In this document: piece after piece, positions 14,131 through 28,244 of the stretch | Position numbering within the stretch: position 1 is the first letter of the stretch | Layout: every line of letters starts with the position of its first letter | Translations under genes and position numbers: made by a program | From: the human T2T-CHM13v2.0 reference genome, Homo sapiens | Direction of reading: 5' to 3' | Length of the DNA stretch: 64,000 nt | Assembly: GCA_009914755.4 (NCBI GenBank) | Contig: CP086569.2 | Location: forward strand, 35,808,001-35,872,000 | The notes under the pieces: model-generated | The model's database searches: none | What the model saw: the letters and a program-made list of their open reading frames with translations, nothing else | What the model was told of the DNA's origin: nothing

Positions 14131-17100
14131 GACTGGAATGGAATGTTCTCGAAGTGAATGGACTCCAATGGAATGGATTCGAAAGGAATGGAATCTAATG
14201 GAATGGAATTAAATGGAAATGAATCAAATTGAATAGAACGGAATTGAATTGAATGGAATCGAATGCAATGGAATCTAATGAAACGGAAAGGAAAGGAATG
14301 GAATGGAATGGAATGGAATGGGCTGGAATGGAATGGAATCGAAACGAATGGAATGGAATCGAACTGAAGAGACTGGAATGGAATACACTGGAATGGAAGG
14401 GAATGTAATGGAAGGTTCTCGAAAAAATGTAATTGAAAGGAATGGAATTGAGTGGAACGGAATAGAGTCGAATGGAATTCAATGGAATGGAATGGACTAG
14501 AGTGAAATGGAATCGAACCACAAGGAATGGACAGGAATAGAATGGTCTCGAATTGAATGGAATCGTATGGAATGGCATCAAACGGAATGGAATGGACAGC
14601 CACGGAATGGAATGCACTCGAATGCAATGGAGTCGAAACTAATGGACTGGAATAGAATGGACTCGACTGGTACGGACTCCAATGGAATGGAATCGAATGG
14701 AAGGGAATCGAACGGAATGGACTCGAAGGGAAAAGACTGCAATGGAAAGGTCTCGAATGGAATGGAAATTAATGGAATGGAATGGAATCGAATGAAATGG
14801 AGTCAAAAGGAATGGAATCGAATGGCAAGAAATCGGATGTAATGGAATCGCAAGGAATTGATGTGAACGGAACGGAATGGAATGGAATCCAAAGGAATGG
14901 AATAGAATGGAATGGAATCGAATGGAAAGGACTCGAATGGAAATCACTCGAATAGAATGCAATTTAATAAAATAGGATCAAATGTAATGGAATGGAATGG
15001 AAAGGAATCAAAACGAAAGGAATGGAGACAGATGGAATGGAATGGAACAGAGAGCAATGGTATAGAATGGAATGGAATCATCTGGAATGGAATTGAATGG
15101 AATGGAATAACATGAAATGGACTGGAATGGAATGGAATGCCCTTGAATTAAATGGACTGGAATGGAATGGACTCGAACAGAGTGGAATGGAAAGTGTTGA
15201 AATAGAATGGAATGGACTCGTTTGGAATGGTCTAGTATGCAATGCAATCGACTGGCAGGGAATCAAAAGGAATGTAATCGAATGGATTGGACTGGAATGC
15301 AATGGACTCGAATAGATTGGAAACGGAATGCAAAGGAATGGAATGGAATAGTATGGAATGGAATGGAAAGGAATGGAGTGGAATAGACTAGAGTGGAATG
15401 GAATGGACTCGAAAGCAATGGACTGGAATGGAACTTTCTTGAATGGACTGGAATCAAACGGAATGGAATGTAATGCAATCAAATGGCATGGAATAAAATA
15501 GAATGAAAGAGAATCAAATGGAATTGAATCGAATGGAATCGAATGGATTGGAAAGGAATAGAATGGAATGGAATGGAATTGACTCAAATGGAATGGACTA
15601 GAATGGAATGGATTCGAATGGAAGGCAAAGGAATGGAATCTATTGGAATGGACTGTAATGGAATGGAATGGAAGGGATTGGAATGGACTCGAATGGAATG
15701 GACTGCAATAGAAAGGATTCGAATGGAATGAAAAAGAATTGAATGGAATAGAACAGAATGGAATCAAATCGAATGAAATGGAATGGAATAGAAAGGAATG
15801 GAATGAAATGGAATGGAAAGGATTCGAATGGAATGCAATCGAATGGACTGGAATCGAACGGAATGGAATAAAATGGAAGAAAACTGGCAAGAAATGGAAT
15901 CGAAATGAATGGAGTGTTATGGAACGGACTCAAAAGGAATTGAATGTAATAGAATGGAGTGGAGTGGACTCCAATATAATAGACTGGAATGGAATGAAAT
16001 CACATGGAATGGGAACGAATGGAATGGAATGGAAAGGAATGGAATCGAATGGAAAGGAATCGAATGGAAGGGAATGAAATTGAATCAACAGGAATGGAAA
16101 GGAGTAGAATAGACGGTAATGGAATGGGCTCGAATAGAATGGACACGAATGCTCAAATTAAATGGACTCGAATGGAATGGAAACGAAAGGAATGTCATCG
16201 AATGGAATTGAATCGATTGGAATGAAATCACATAGAATGGAGTGGAATCAAATGGAATTGAATCGAAAGGAAAGGAAGCGAATGGACTGAAATGAAATGG
16301 AATGGAATTGAATGGAAATTAATGCAATGGAATAGAATGGAAAGAAATTTCACGGAATGGAATCAAACTGAATGGAATCAAATCAATGGAATATAATCAA
16401 ATGGAATGGAAAGGAATTGAATGGAGTAGATTGGATTGGATGGGATTGGAATGAAATGTACTGGAAAGGACTCGAATTTCATGAAACGGAATGGAATGAA
16501 TTAGAACGGAATGGACTCGAATGGAATGGAATATCACGGAATGGCATCAAATGGAATGGCATCAATTGGAATGGAATCGAATGCAATGGAATGCTATGGA
16601 ATGGAATGGAATGCATTGGAATGGAATGTCCTCTAATGGAATGGATTCGAGTGGAATGGAATCGAATATAATGGAGTCTAATGAAATTGAATTGAAAGGA
16701 ATGGGATCCAATACAATGGAATATACTGGAATGTAATGTAATGAACTCGAATGTAATTGACTGGAATGGAATGTACATGAATGGAATGTAATCGAATGGA
16801 AAGTAATCCAATGGAATAGAATCTAATGCAATAAAATCGACTCAAGTAGAGTAGAATATAATGGAATGGAGTGCAGTGCAATGGAATGGAATGGAATGGA
16901 ATGCAATGGAATGGAATGGAATGGAATGGAATGGAATGGAATGGGATGGAATGGTATGGAATGGATAGTAATGGACTGGAGTGAAATGGACTGGAAAGGA
17001 ATGGACTCAAATTGAAAGGGCTCGAAAGGAATGGAGTCAAATGGAATGGTCTGGAATGGAATGAACACGAATGTAATGCAATCCAATAGAATGGAATCGA

Positions 17101-17673
17101 ATGGCATGGAATGTAAAGAAATGGAATCGAAGAGAATGGAAACAAATGGAATGGAATTGAATGGAATGGAATTGAATGGAATGGGAACGAATGGAGTGAA
17201 ATTGTATGCAGTAGAAGAGAATAGAATGGAATGCAAGCGAAAGGAAAGGAATGGATTGGAATGGAATGGAATTCATTGGAATGGAAGGGAATGTAGTGTA
17301 ATGGACAGGCCTGGAATAAAGTGGAATGCTACGGTCTCGAATGGAATAAAAATGTATGGAATGGAATGCAATGAAACGGAATCGAATGTCATAGAATGTA
17401 ATGGAATGCAAAAAAATGGAATCCAAAATCATTGACTGGAAAGGCTGGGTGTCGAAAGGAATTGACTCCAATGGAATGGAATCGAATGGCATGGAAGTGA
17501 ATAGAATGGAACTAAATCGAATGGAATGGAATTGATAGGAACGGAATGGAAAGGAATGCAATGATTTGGCATGGAATGGAATCGAATGGCATCGAATGGA
17601 ATGGAATGGAATGCAATGGAATGGAATGTATTAGAATGTAATGAACTTTAATGGAATGTACTCGAATGGATTC
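14131..17673 (+). repeat. HSat3 HOR copy 5 (3543 bp), subtype D
   Basis: Same landmarks. MESNHKEW-type read-through pseudo-ORF at 14507-14842. Confidence 0.85.
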
Positions 17674-20600
17674 GACTGGAATGGAATGTTCTCGAAGTGA
17701 ATGGACTCCAATGGAATGGATTCGAAAGGAATGGAATCTAATGGAATGGAATTAAATGGAAATGAATCAAATTGAATAGAACGGAATTGAATTGAATGGA
17801 ATCGAATGCAATGGAATCTAATGAAAAGGAAAGGAAAGGAATGGAATGGATTGGAATGGAATGGGCTGGAATGGAATGGAATCGAAACGAATGGAATGGA
17901 ATCGAACTGAAGAGACTGGAATGGAATGCACTGGAATGGAAGGGAATGTAATGGAAGGTTCTCAAGAAAAATGGAATCGAAAGGAATGGAATTGAATGGA
18001 ACGGAATAGAGTCGAATGGAATTCAATTGAATGGAATGGACTAGAGTGAAATGGAATCGAACCACAAGGAATGGACAGGAATAGAATGGTCTCGAATTGA
18101 ATGGAATCGTATGGAATGGCATCAAACGGAATGGAATGGACAGCCACGGAATGGAATGCACTCGAATGCAATGGAGTCGACACTAACGGAGTGGAATAGA
18201 ATGGACTCGACTGGTACGGACTCCAATGGAATGGAATCGAATGGAAGGGTATCGAACGGAATGGACTCGAAGGGAAAAGACTGCAATGGAAAGGTCTCGA
18301 ATGGAATGGAAATTAATGGAATGGAATGGAATCGAATGAAATGGAGTCAAAAGGAATGGAATCGAATGGCAAGAAATCGAATGTAATGGAATCGCAAGGA
18401 ATTGAAGTGAACGGAACGGAATGCAATGGAATCCAAAGGAATGGAATAGAATGGAATGGAATCGAATGGAAAGGACTCGAATGGAAATCACTCGAATAGA
18501 ATGCAATTTAATAAAATAGGATCAAATGTAATGGAATGGAATGGAAAGGAATCGAAACGAAAGGAATGGAGACAGATGGAATGGAATGGAACAGAGAGCA
18601 ATGGTATAGAATGGAATGGAATCATCTGGAATGGAATTGAATGGAATGGAATAATATGAAATGGAATGGAATGGAATGGAATGCCCTTGAATTAAATGGA
18701 CTGGAATGGAATGGACTCGAACAGAGTGGAATGGAAAGTGTTGAAATAGAATGGAATGGACTCGTTTGGAATGGTCTAGTATGCAATGCAATCGACTGGC
18801 AGGGAATCAAAAGGAATGTAATCGAATGGATTGGACTGGAATGCAATGGACTCGAATAGATTGGAAACGGAAAGCAAAGGAATGGAATGGAATAGTATGG
18901 AATGGAATGGAAAGGAATGGAGTGGAATAGACTAGAGTGGAATGGAATGGACTGGAAAGCAATGGACTGGAATGGAACTTTCTTGAATGGACTGGAATCA
19001 AACGGAATGGAATGCAATGCAATCAAATGGCATGGAATAAAATAGAATGAAAGAGAATCAAATGGAATTGAATCGAATGGAATCGAATGGATTGGAAAGG
19101 AATAGAATGGAATGGAACGGAATTGACTCAAATGGAATGGACTAGAATGGAATGGATTCGAATGGAAGGCAAATGAATGGAATCTATTGGAATGGACTGT
19201 AATGGAATGGAATGGAAGGGATTGGAATGGACTCGAATAGAATGGACTGCAATAGAAAGGATTCGAATGGAATGAAAAAGAATTGAATGAAATAGAAGAG
19301 AATGGAAACAAATCGAATGAAATGGAATGGAAGAGAAAGGAATGGAATGAAATGGAATGGAAAGGATTCGAATGGAATGCAATCGAATGGAATGGAATCG
19401 AACGGAATGGAATAAAATGGAAGAAAACTGGCAAGAAATGGAATCGAAATGAATGGAGTGTTATGGAACGGACTCAAAAGGAATTGAATGTAATAGAATG
19501 GAGTGGAGTGGACTCGAATATAATGGACTGGAATGGAATGAAATCACATGGAATGGGAACGAATGGAATGGAATGGAAAGGAATGGAATCGAATGGAAAG
19601 GAATCGAATGGAAGGGAATGAAATTGAATCAACAGGAATGGAAGGGAGTAGAATAGACGGTAATGGAATGGACTCGAATAGAATGGACACGAATGCTCAA
19701 ATTGAATGGACTCGAATGGAATGGAAACGAAAGGAATGTCATCGAATGGAATTGAATCGATTGGAATGAAATCGCATAGAATGGAGTGGAATCAAATGGA
19801 ATTGAATCGAAAGGAAAGGAAGCGAATGGACTGAAATGAAATGGAATGGAATTGAATGGAAAGTAATGCAATGGAATAGAATGGAACGAAATTTCACGGA
19901 ATGGAATCAAACTGAATGGAATCAAATCAATGGAATATAATCAAATGGAATGGAAAGGAATTGAACGGAGTAGATTGGATTGGATGGGATTGGAATGAAA
20001 TGTACTGGAAAGGACTCGAAATTCATGAAACGGAATGGAATGAACTGGAACGGAATGGAATCGAATGGAATGGAATGTCATGTAATGGCATCAAATGGAA
20101 TGGAATCGAATGCGATGGAATGCTATGGAATGGAATGGAATGCATAGGAATGGAATGTCCTCTAATGGAATGTATTCGAGTGGAATGGAATCGAATATAA
20201 TGCAGTCTAATGAAATGGAATTGAAAGGAATGGGACCGAATACAATGGAATAAACTGGAATGTAATGTAATGAACTCGAATGTAATTGACTGGAATGGAA
20301 TGTACATGAATGGAATGTAATCGCATGGAAAGCAATCCAATGGAATAGAATCTAATGCAATAAAATCGACTCAAATAGAGTAGAATGTAATGGAATGGAG
20401 TGCAGTGCAATGGAATGGAATGGAATGCAACGGAATGGAATGGAATGGAATGGAATGGGATGGAATGGTATGGAATGGATAGTAATGGACTGGAGTGAAA
20501 TGGACTGGAAAAGAATGGACTCAAATTGAAAGGGCTCGAAAGGAATGGAGTCAAATGGAATGGTCTGGAATGGAATGAACACGAATGTAATGCAATCCAA

Positions 20601-21187
20601 TAGAATGGAATCGAATGGCATAGAATATAAAGAAATGGAATCGAAGAGAATGGAAACAAATGGAATGGAATTGAATGGAATGGAATTGAATGGAATGGGA
20701 ACGAATGGAGTGAAATTGTATGCAGTAGAAGAGAATAGAATGGAATGCAAGCGAAAGGAAAGGAATGGATTGGAATGGAATGGAATTCATTGGAATGGAA
20801 GGGAATGTAGTGTAATGGACAGGCCTGGAATAAAGTGGAATGCTACGGTCTCGAATGGAATAAAAATGTATGGAATGGAATGCAATGAAACGGAATCGAA
20901 TGTCATAGAATGTAATGGAATGCAAAAAAATGGAATCCAAAATCATTGACTGGAAAGGCTGGGTGTCGAAAGGAATTGACTCCAATGGAATGGAATCGAA
21001 TGGAATGGAAGTGAATAGAATCGAACTAAATCGAATGGAATGGAATTGATAGGAACGGAATGGAAAGGAATGCAATGATTTGGCATGGAATGGAATCGAA
21101 AGGCATCGAATGGAATGGAATGGAATGCAATGGAATGGAATGTATTAGAATGTAATGAACATTAATGGAAAGTACTCGAATGGATTC
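17674..21187 (+). repeat. HSat3 HOR copy 6 (3514 bp), subtype D
   Basis: Same landmarks. The unit tail (about 19.9 kb onward) begins the 10,591-bp-offset identity block. Confidence 0.85.
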
Positions 21188-24100
21188 GACTGGAATGGAA
21201 TGTTCTGGAAGTGAATGGACTCCAATGGAATGGATTCGAAAGGAATGGAATCGAACGGAATGGAATTAAACGGAAATGAATCAAATAGAATAGAACGGAA
21301 TTGAATTGAATGGAATCGAATGCAATGGAATCTAATGAAACGGAAAGGAATGGAATGGAATGGGCTGGAATGGAATGGAATCGAAACGAATGGAATGGAA
21401 TCGAACTGAAGAGACTGGAATGGAATGCACTGGAATGGAAGGGAATGTAATGGAAGGTTCTCGAAAAAAATGGAATCGAAAGGAATGGAATTGAATGGAA
21501 CGGAATAGAGTCGAATGGAATTCAATGGAATGGAATGGACTAGAGTGAAATGGAATCGAACCACAAGGAATGGACAGGAATAGAATGGTCTCGAATTGAA
21601 TGGAATCTTATGGAATGGCATCAAACGGAATGGAATGGACGGCCACGGAATGGAATGCACTCGAATGCAATGGAGTCGAAACTAATGGACTGGAATAGAA
21701 TGGACTCGACTGGTACGGACTCCAATGGAATGGAATCGAATGGAAGGGAATCGAACGGAATGGACTCGAAGGGAAAAGACTGCAATGGAAAGGTCTCGAA
21801 TGGAATGGAAATTAATGGAATGGAATGGAATCGAATGAAATGGAGTCAAAAGGAATGGAATCGAATGGCAAGAAATCGAATGTAATGGAATCGCAAGGAA
21901 TTGATGTGAACGGAACGGAATGGAATGGAATCCAAAGGAATGGAATAGAATGGAATGGAATCGAATGGAAAGGACTCGAATGGAAATCACTCGAATAGAA
22001 TGCAATTTAATAAAATAGGATCAAATGTAATGGAATGGAATGGAAAGGAATCGAAACGAAAGGAATGGAGACAGATGGAATGGAATGGAACAGAGAGCAA
22101 TGGTATAGAATGGAATGGAATCATCTGGAATGGAATTGAATGGAATGGAATAATATGAAATGGAATGGAATGGAATGGAATACCCTTGAATTAAATGGAC
22201 TGGAATGGAATGGACTCGAACAGAGTGGAATGGAAAGTGTTGAAATAGAATGGAATGGACTCGTTTGGAATGGTCTAGTATGCAATGCAATCGACTGGCA
22301 GGGAATCAAAAGGAATGTAATCGAATGGATTGGACTGGAATGCAATGGACTCGAATAGATTGGAAACGGAAAGCAAAGGAATGGAATGGAATAGTATGGA
22401 ATGGAATGCAAAGGAATGGAGTGGAATAGACTAGAGTGGAATGGAATGGACTGGAAAGCAATGGACTGGAATGGAACTTTCTTGAATGGACTGGAATCAA
22501 ACGGAATGGAATGCAATGCAATCAAATGGCATGGAATAAAATAGAATGAAAGAGAATCAAATGGAATTGAATCGAATGGAATCGAATGGATTGGAAAGGA
22601 ATAGAATGGAATGGAATGGAATTGACTCAAATGGAATGGACTAGAATGGAATGGATTCGAATGGAAGGCAAAGGAATGGAATCTATTGGAATGGACTGTA
22701 ATGGAATGGAATGGAAGGGATTGTAATGGACTCGAATGGAATGGACTGCAGTAGAAAGGATTCGAATGGAATGAAAAAGAATTGAATGGAATAGAACAGA
22801 ATGGAATCAAATCGAATGAAATGGAATGGAATAGAAAGGAATGGAATGAAATGGAATGGAAAGGATTCGAATGGAATGCAATCGAATGGAATGAAATCGA
22901 ATGGAATGGAATCGAACGGAATGGAATAAAATGGAAGAAAACTGGCAAGAAATGGAATCGAAATGAATGGAGTGTTACGGAACGGACTCAAAAGGAATTG
23001 AATGTAATAGAATGGAGTGGAGTGGACTCGAATATAATGGACTAGAATGGAATGAAATCACATGGAATGGGAACGAATGGAATGGAATGGAAAGGAATGG
23101 AATCGAATGGAAAGGAATCGAATGGAAGGGAATGAAATTGAATCAACAGGAATGGAAGGGAGTAGAATAGACGGTAATGGAATGGACTCGAATAGAATGG
23201 ACACGAATGCTCAAATTGAATGGACTCGAATGGAATGGCAACGAAAGGAATGTCATCGAATGGAATTGAATCGTTGGAATGAAATCACATAGAATGGAGT
23301 GGAATCAAATGGAATTGAATCGAAAGGAAAGGAAGCGAATGGACTGAAATGAAATGGAATGGAATTGAATGGAAATTAATGCAATGGAATAGAATGGAAC
23401 GAAATTTCACGGAATGGAATCAAACTGAATGGAATCAAATCAATGGAATATAATCAAATGGAATGGAAAGGAATTGAATGGAGTAGATTGGATTGGATGG
23501 GATTGGAATGAAATGTACTGGAAAGGACTCGAATTTCATGAAACGGAATGGAATGAATTAGAACGGAATGGACTCGAATGGAATGGAATGTCATGGAATG
23601 GCATCAAATGGAATGGAATCGAATGCAATGGAATGCTTTGGAATGGAATGGAATGCATTGGAATGGAATGTCCTCTAATGGAATGTATTCGAGTGGAATG
23701 GAATCGAATATAATGGAGTCTAATGAAATGGAATTGAAAGGAATGGGACCGAATACAATGGAATATACTGGAATGTAATGTAATGAACTCGAATGTAATT
23801 GACTGGAATGGAATGTACATGAATGGAATGTAATCGAATGGAAAGCAATCCAATGGAATAGAATCTAATGCAATAAAATCGACTCAAATAGAGTAGAATG
23901 TAATGGAATGGAGTGCAGTGCAATGGAATGGAATGGAATGGAATGCAATGGAATGGAATGGAATGGAATGGGATGGAATGGTATGGAATGGATAGTAATG
24001 GACTGGAGTGAAATGGACTGGAAAAGAATGGACTCAAATTGAAAGGGCTCGAAAGGAATGGAGTCAAATGGAATGGTCTGGACTGGAATGAACACGAATG

Positions 24101-24700
24101 TAATGCAATCCAATAGAATGGAATCGAATGGCATGGAATATAAAGAAATGGAATCGAAGAGAATGGAAACAAATGGAATGGAATTGAATGGAATGGAATT
24201 GAATGGAATGGGAACGAATGGAGTGAAATTGTATGCAGTAGAAGAGAATAGAATGGAATGCAAGCGAAAGGAAAGGAATGGATTGGAATGGAATGGAATT
24301 CATTGGAATGGAAGGGAATGTAGTGTAATGGACAGGCCTGGAATAAAGTGGAATGCTACGGTCTCGAATGGAATAAAAATGTATGGAACGGAATGCAATG
24401 AAACGGAATCGAATGTCATAGAATGTAATGGAATGCAAAAAAATGGACTCCAAAATCATTGACTGGAAAGGCTGGGTGTCGAAAGGAATTGACTCCAATG
24501 GAATGGAATCGAATGGAATGGAAGTGAATAGAATCGAACTAAATCGAATGGAATGGAATTGATAGGAACGGAATGGAAAGGAATGCAATGATTTGGCATG
24601 GAATGGAATCGAATGGCATCGAATGGAATGGAATGGAATGCAATGGAATGGAATGTATTAGAATGTAATGAACTTTAATGGAATGTACTCGAATGGATTC
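21188..24700 (+). repeat. HSat3 HOR copy 7 (3513 bp), subtype D
   Basis: Near-identical to copy 10 at offset +10,591. Confidence 0.85.
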
Positions 24701-27700
24701 GACTGGAATGGAATGTTCTCGAAGTGAATGGACTCCAATGGAATGGATTCGAAAGGAATGGAATCTAATGGAATGGAATTAAATGGAAATGAATCAAATT
24801 GAATAGAACGGAATTGAATTGAATGGAATCGAATGCAATGGAATCTAATGAAACGGAAAGGAAAGGAATGGAATGGATTGGAATGGAATGGGCTGGAATG
24901 GAATGGAATCGAAACGAATGGAATGGAATCGAACTGAAGAGACTGGAATGGAATGCACTGGAATGGAAGGGAATGTAATGGAAGGTTCTCGAAAAAAATG
25001 GAATCGAAAGGAATGGAATTGAATGGAACGGAATAGAGTCGAATGGAATTGAATGGAATGGAATGGACTAGAGTGAAATGGAATCGAACCACAAGGAATG
25101 GACAGGAATAGAATGGTCTCGAATTGAATGGAATCGTATGGAATGGCATCAAACGGAATGGAATGGACAGCCACGGAATGGAATGGACACCCACGGAATG
25201 GAATGCACTCGAATGCAATGGAGTCGACACTAATGGACTGGAATAGAATGGACTCGACTGGTACGGACTCCAATGGAATGGAATCGAATGGAAGGGAATC
25301 GAAAGGAATGGACTCGAAGGGAAAAGACTGCAATGGAAAGGTCTCGAATGGAATGGAAATTAATGGAATGGAATGGAATCGAATGAAATGGAGTCAAAAG
25401 GAATGGAATCGAATGGCAAGAAATCGAATGTAATGGAATCGCAAGGAATTGATGTGAACGGAACGGAATGGAATGGAATCCAAAGGAATGGAATAGAATG
25501 GAATGGAATCGAATGGAAAGGACTCGAATGGAAATCACTCGAATAGAATGCAATTTAATAAAATAGGATCAAATGTAATGGAATGGAATGGAAAGGAATC
25601 GAAACGAAAGGAATGGAGACAGATGGAATGGAATGGAACAGAGAGCAATGGTATAGAATGGAATGGAATCATCTGGAATGGAATTGAATGGAATGGAATA
25701 ATATGAAATGGAATGGAATGGAATGGAATGCCCTTGAATTAAATGGACTGGAATGCAATGGACTCGAACAGAGTGGAATGGAAAGTGTTGAAATAGAATG
25801 GAATGGACTCGTTTGGAATGGTCTAGTATGCAATGCAATCGACTGGCAGGGAATCAAAAGGAATGTAATCGAATGGATTGGACTGGAATGCAATGGACTC
25901 GAATAGATTGGAAGCGGAAAGCAAAGGAATGGAATGGAATAGTATGGAATGGAATGCAAAGGAATGGAGTGGAATAGACTAGAGTGGAATGGAATGGACT
26001 CGAAAGCAATGGACTGGAATGGAACTTTCTTGAATGGACTGGAATCAAACGGAATGGAATGCAATGCAATCAAATGGCATGGAATAAAATAGAATGAAAG
26101 AGAATCAAATGGAATTGAATCGAATGGAATCGAATGGATTGGAAAGGAATAGAATGGAATGGAATGGAATTGACTCAAATGGAATGGACTAGAATGGAAT
26201 GGATTCGAATGGAAGGCAAAGGAATGGAATCTATTGGAATGGACTGTAATGGAATGGAATGGAAGGGATTGGAATGGACTCGAATGGAATGCGCTGCAAT
26301 AGAAAGGATTCGAATGGAATGAAAAAGAATTGAATGGAATAGAACAGAATGGAATCAAATCGAATGAAATGGAATGGAATAGAAAGGAATGCAATGAAAT
26401 GGAATGGAAAGGATTCCAATGGAATGCAATCGAATGGAATGAAATCGATTGGAATGGAATCGAACGGAATGGAATAAAATGGAAGAAAACTGGCAAGAAA
26501 TGGAGTCGAAATGAATGGAGTGTTATGGAACGGACTCAAAAGGAATTGAATGTAATAGAATGGAGTGGAGTGGACTCGAATATAATGGACTGGAGTGGAA
26601 TGAAATCACATGGAATGGGAACGAATGGAATGGAATGGAAAGGAATGGAATCGAATGGAAAGGAATCGAATGGAAGGGAATGAAATTGAATCAACAGGAA
26701 TGGAAGGGAGTAGAATCGACGGTAATGGAATGGACTCGAATAGAATGGACACGAATGCTCAAATTGAATGGACTCGAATGGAATGGAAACGAAAGGAATG
26801 TCATCGAATGGAATTGAATCGATTGGAATGAAATCACATAGAATGGAGTGGAATCAAATGGAATTGAATCGAAAGGAAAGGAAGCGAATGGACTGAAATG
26901 AAATGGAATGGAATTGAATGGAAATTAATGCAATGGAATAGAATGGAACGAAATTTCACGGAATGGAATCAAACTGAATGGAATCAAATCAATGGAATAT
27001 AATCAAATGGAATGGAAAGGAATTGAATGGAGTAGATTGGATTGGATGGGATTGGAATGAAATGTACTGGAAAGGACTCGAATTTCATGAAACGGAATGG
27101 AATGAATTAGAACGGAATGGACTCGAATGGAATGGAATGTCATGGAATGGCATCAAATGGAATGGAATCGAATGCGATGGAATGCTATGGAATGGAATGG
27201 AATGCATTGGAATGGAATGTCCTCTAATGGAATGGATTCGAGTGGAATGGAATCGAATATAATGGAGTCTAATGAAATAGAATTGAAAGGAATGGGACCG
27301 AATACAATGGAATATACTGGAATGTAATGTAATGAACTCGAATGTAATTGACTGGAATGGAATGTACGTGAATGGAATGTAATCGAATGGAAAGCAATCC
27401 AATGGAATAGAATCTAATGCAATAAAATCGAGTCAAATAGAGTAGAATGTAATGGAATGGAGTGCAGTGCAATGGAATGGAATGGAATGGAATGCAATGG
27501 AATGGAATGGAATGGGATGGAATGGTATGGAATGGATAGTAATGGACTGGAGTGAAATGGACTGGAAAAGAATGGACTCAAATTGAAAGGGCTCGAAAGG
27601 AATGGAGTCAAATGGAATGGTCTGGAATGGAATGAACACGAATGTAATGCAATCCAATAGAATGGAATCGAATGGCATGGAATATAAAGAAATGGAATCG

Positions 27701-28244
27701 AAGAGAATGGAAACAAATGGAATGGAATTGAATGGAATGGAATTGAATGGAATGAGAACGAATGGAGTGAAATTGTATGCAGTAGAAGAGAATAGAATGG
27801 AATGCAAGCGAAAGGAAAGGAATGGATTGGAATGGAATGGAATTCATTGGAATGGAAGGGAATGTAGTGTAATGGACAGGCCTGGAATAAAGTGGAATGC
27901 TACGGTCTCGAATGGAATAAAAATGTATGGAATGGAATGCAATGAAACGGAATCGAATGTCATAGAATGTAATGGAATGCAAAAAAATGGAATCCAAAAT
28001 CATTGACTGGAAAGGCTGGGTGTCGAAAGGAATTGACTCCAATGGAATGGAATCGAATGGAATGGAAGTGAATAGAATCGAACTAAATCGAATGGAATGG
28101 AATTGATAGGAACGGAATGGAAAGGAATGCAATGATTTGGCATGGAATGGAATCGAATGGCATCGAATGGAATGGAATGGAATGCAATGGAATGGAATGT
28201 ATTAGAATGTAATGAACTTTAATGGAATGTACTCGAATGGATTC
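24701..28244 (+). repeat. HSat3 HOR copy 8 (3544 bp), subtype B
   Basis: Near-identical to copy 11 at offset +10,591. Resembles copies 2 and 13. Confidence 0.85.
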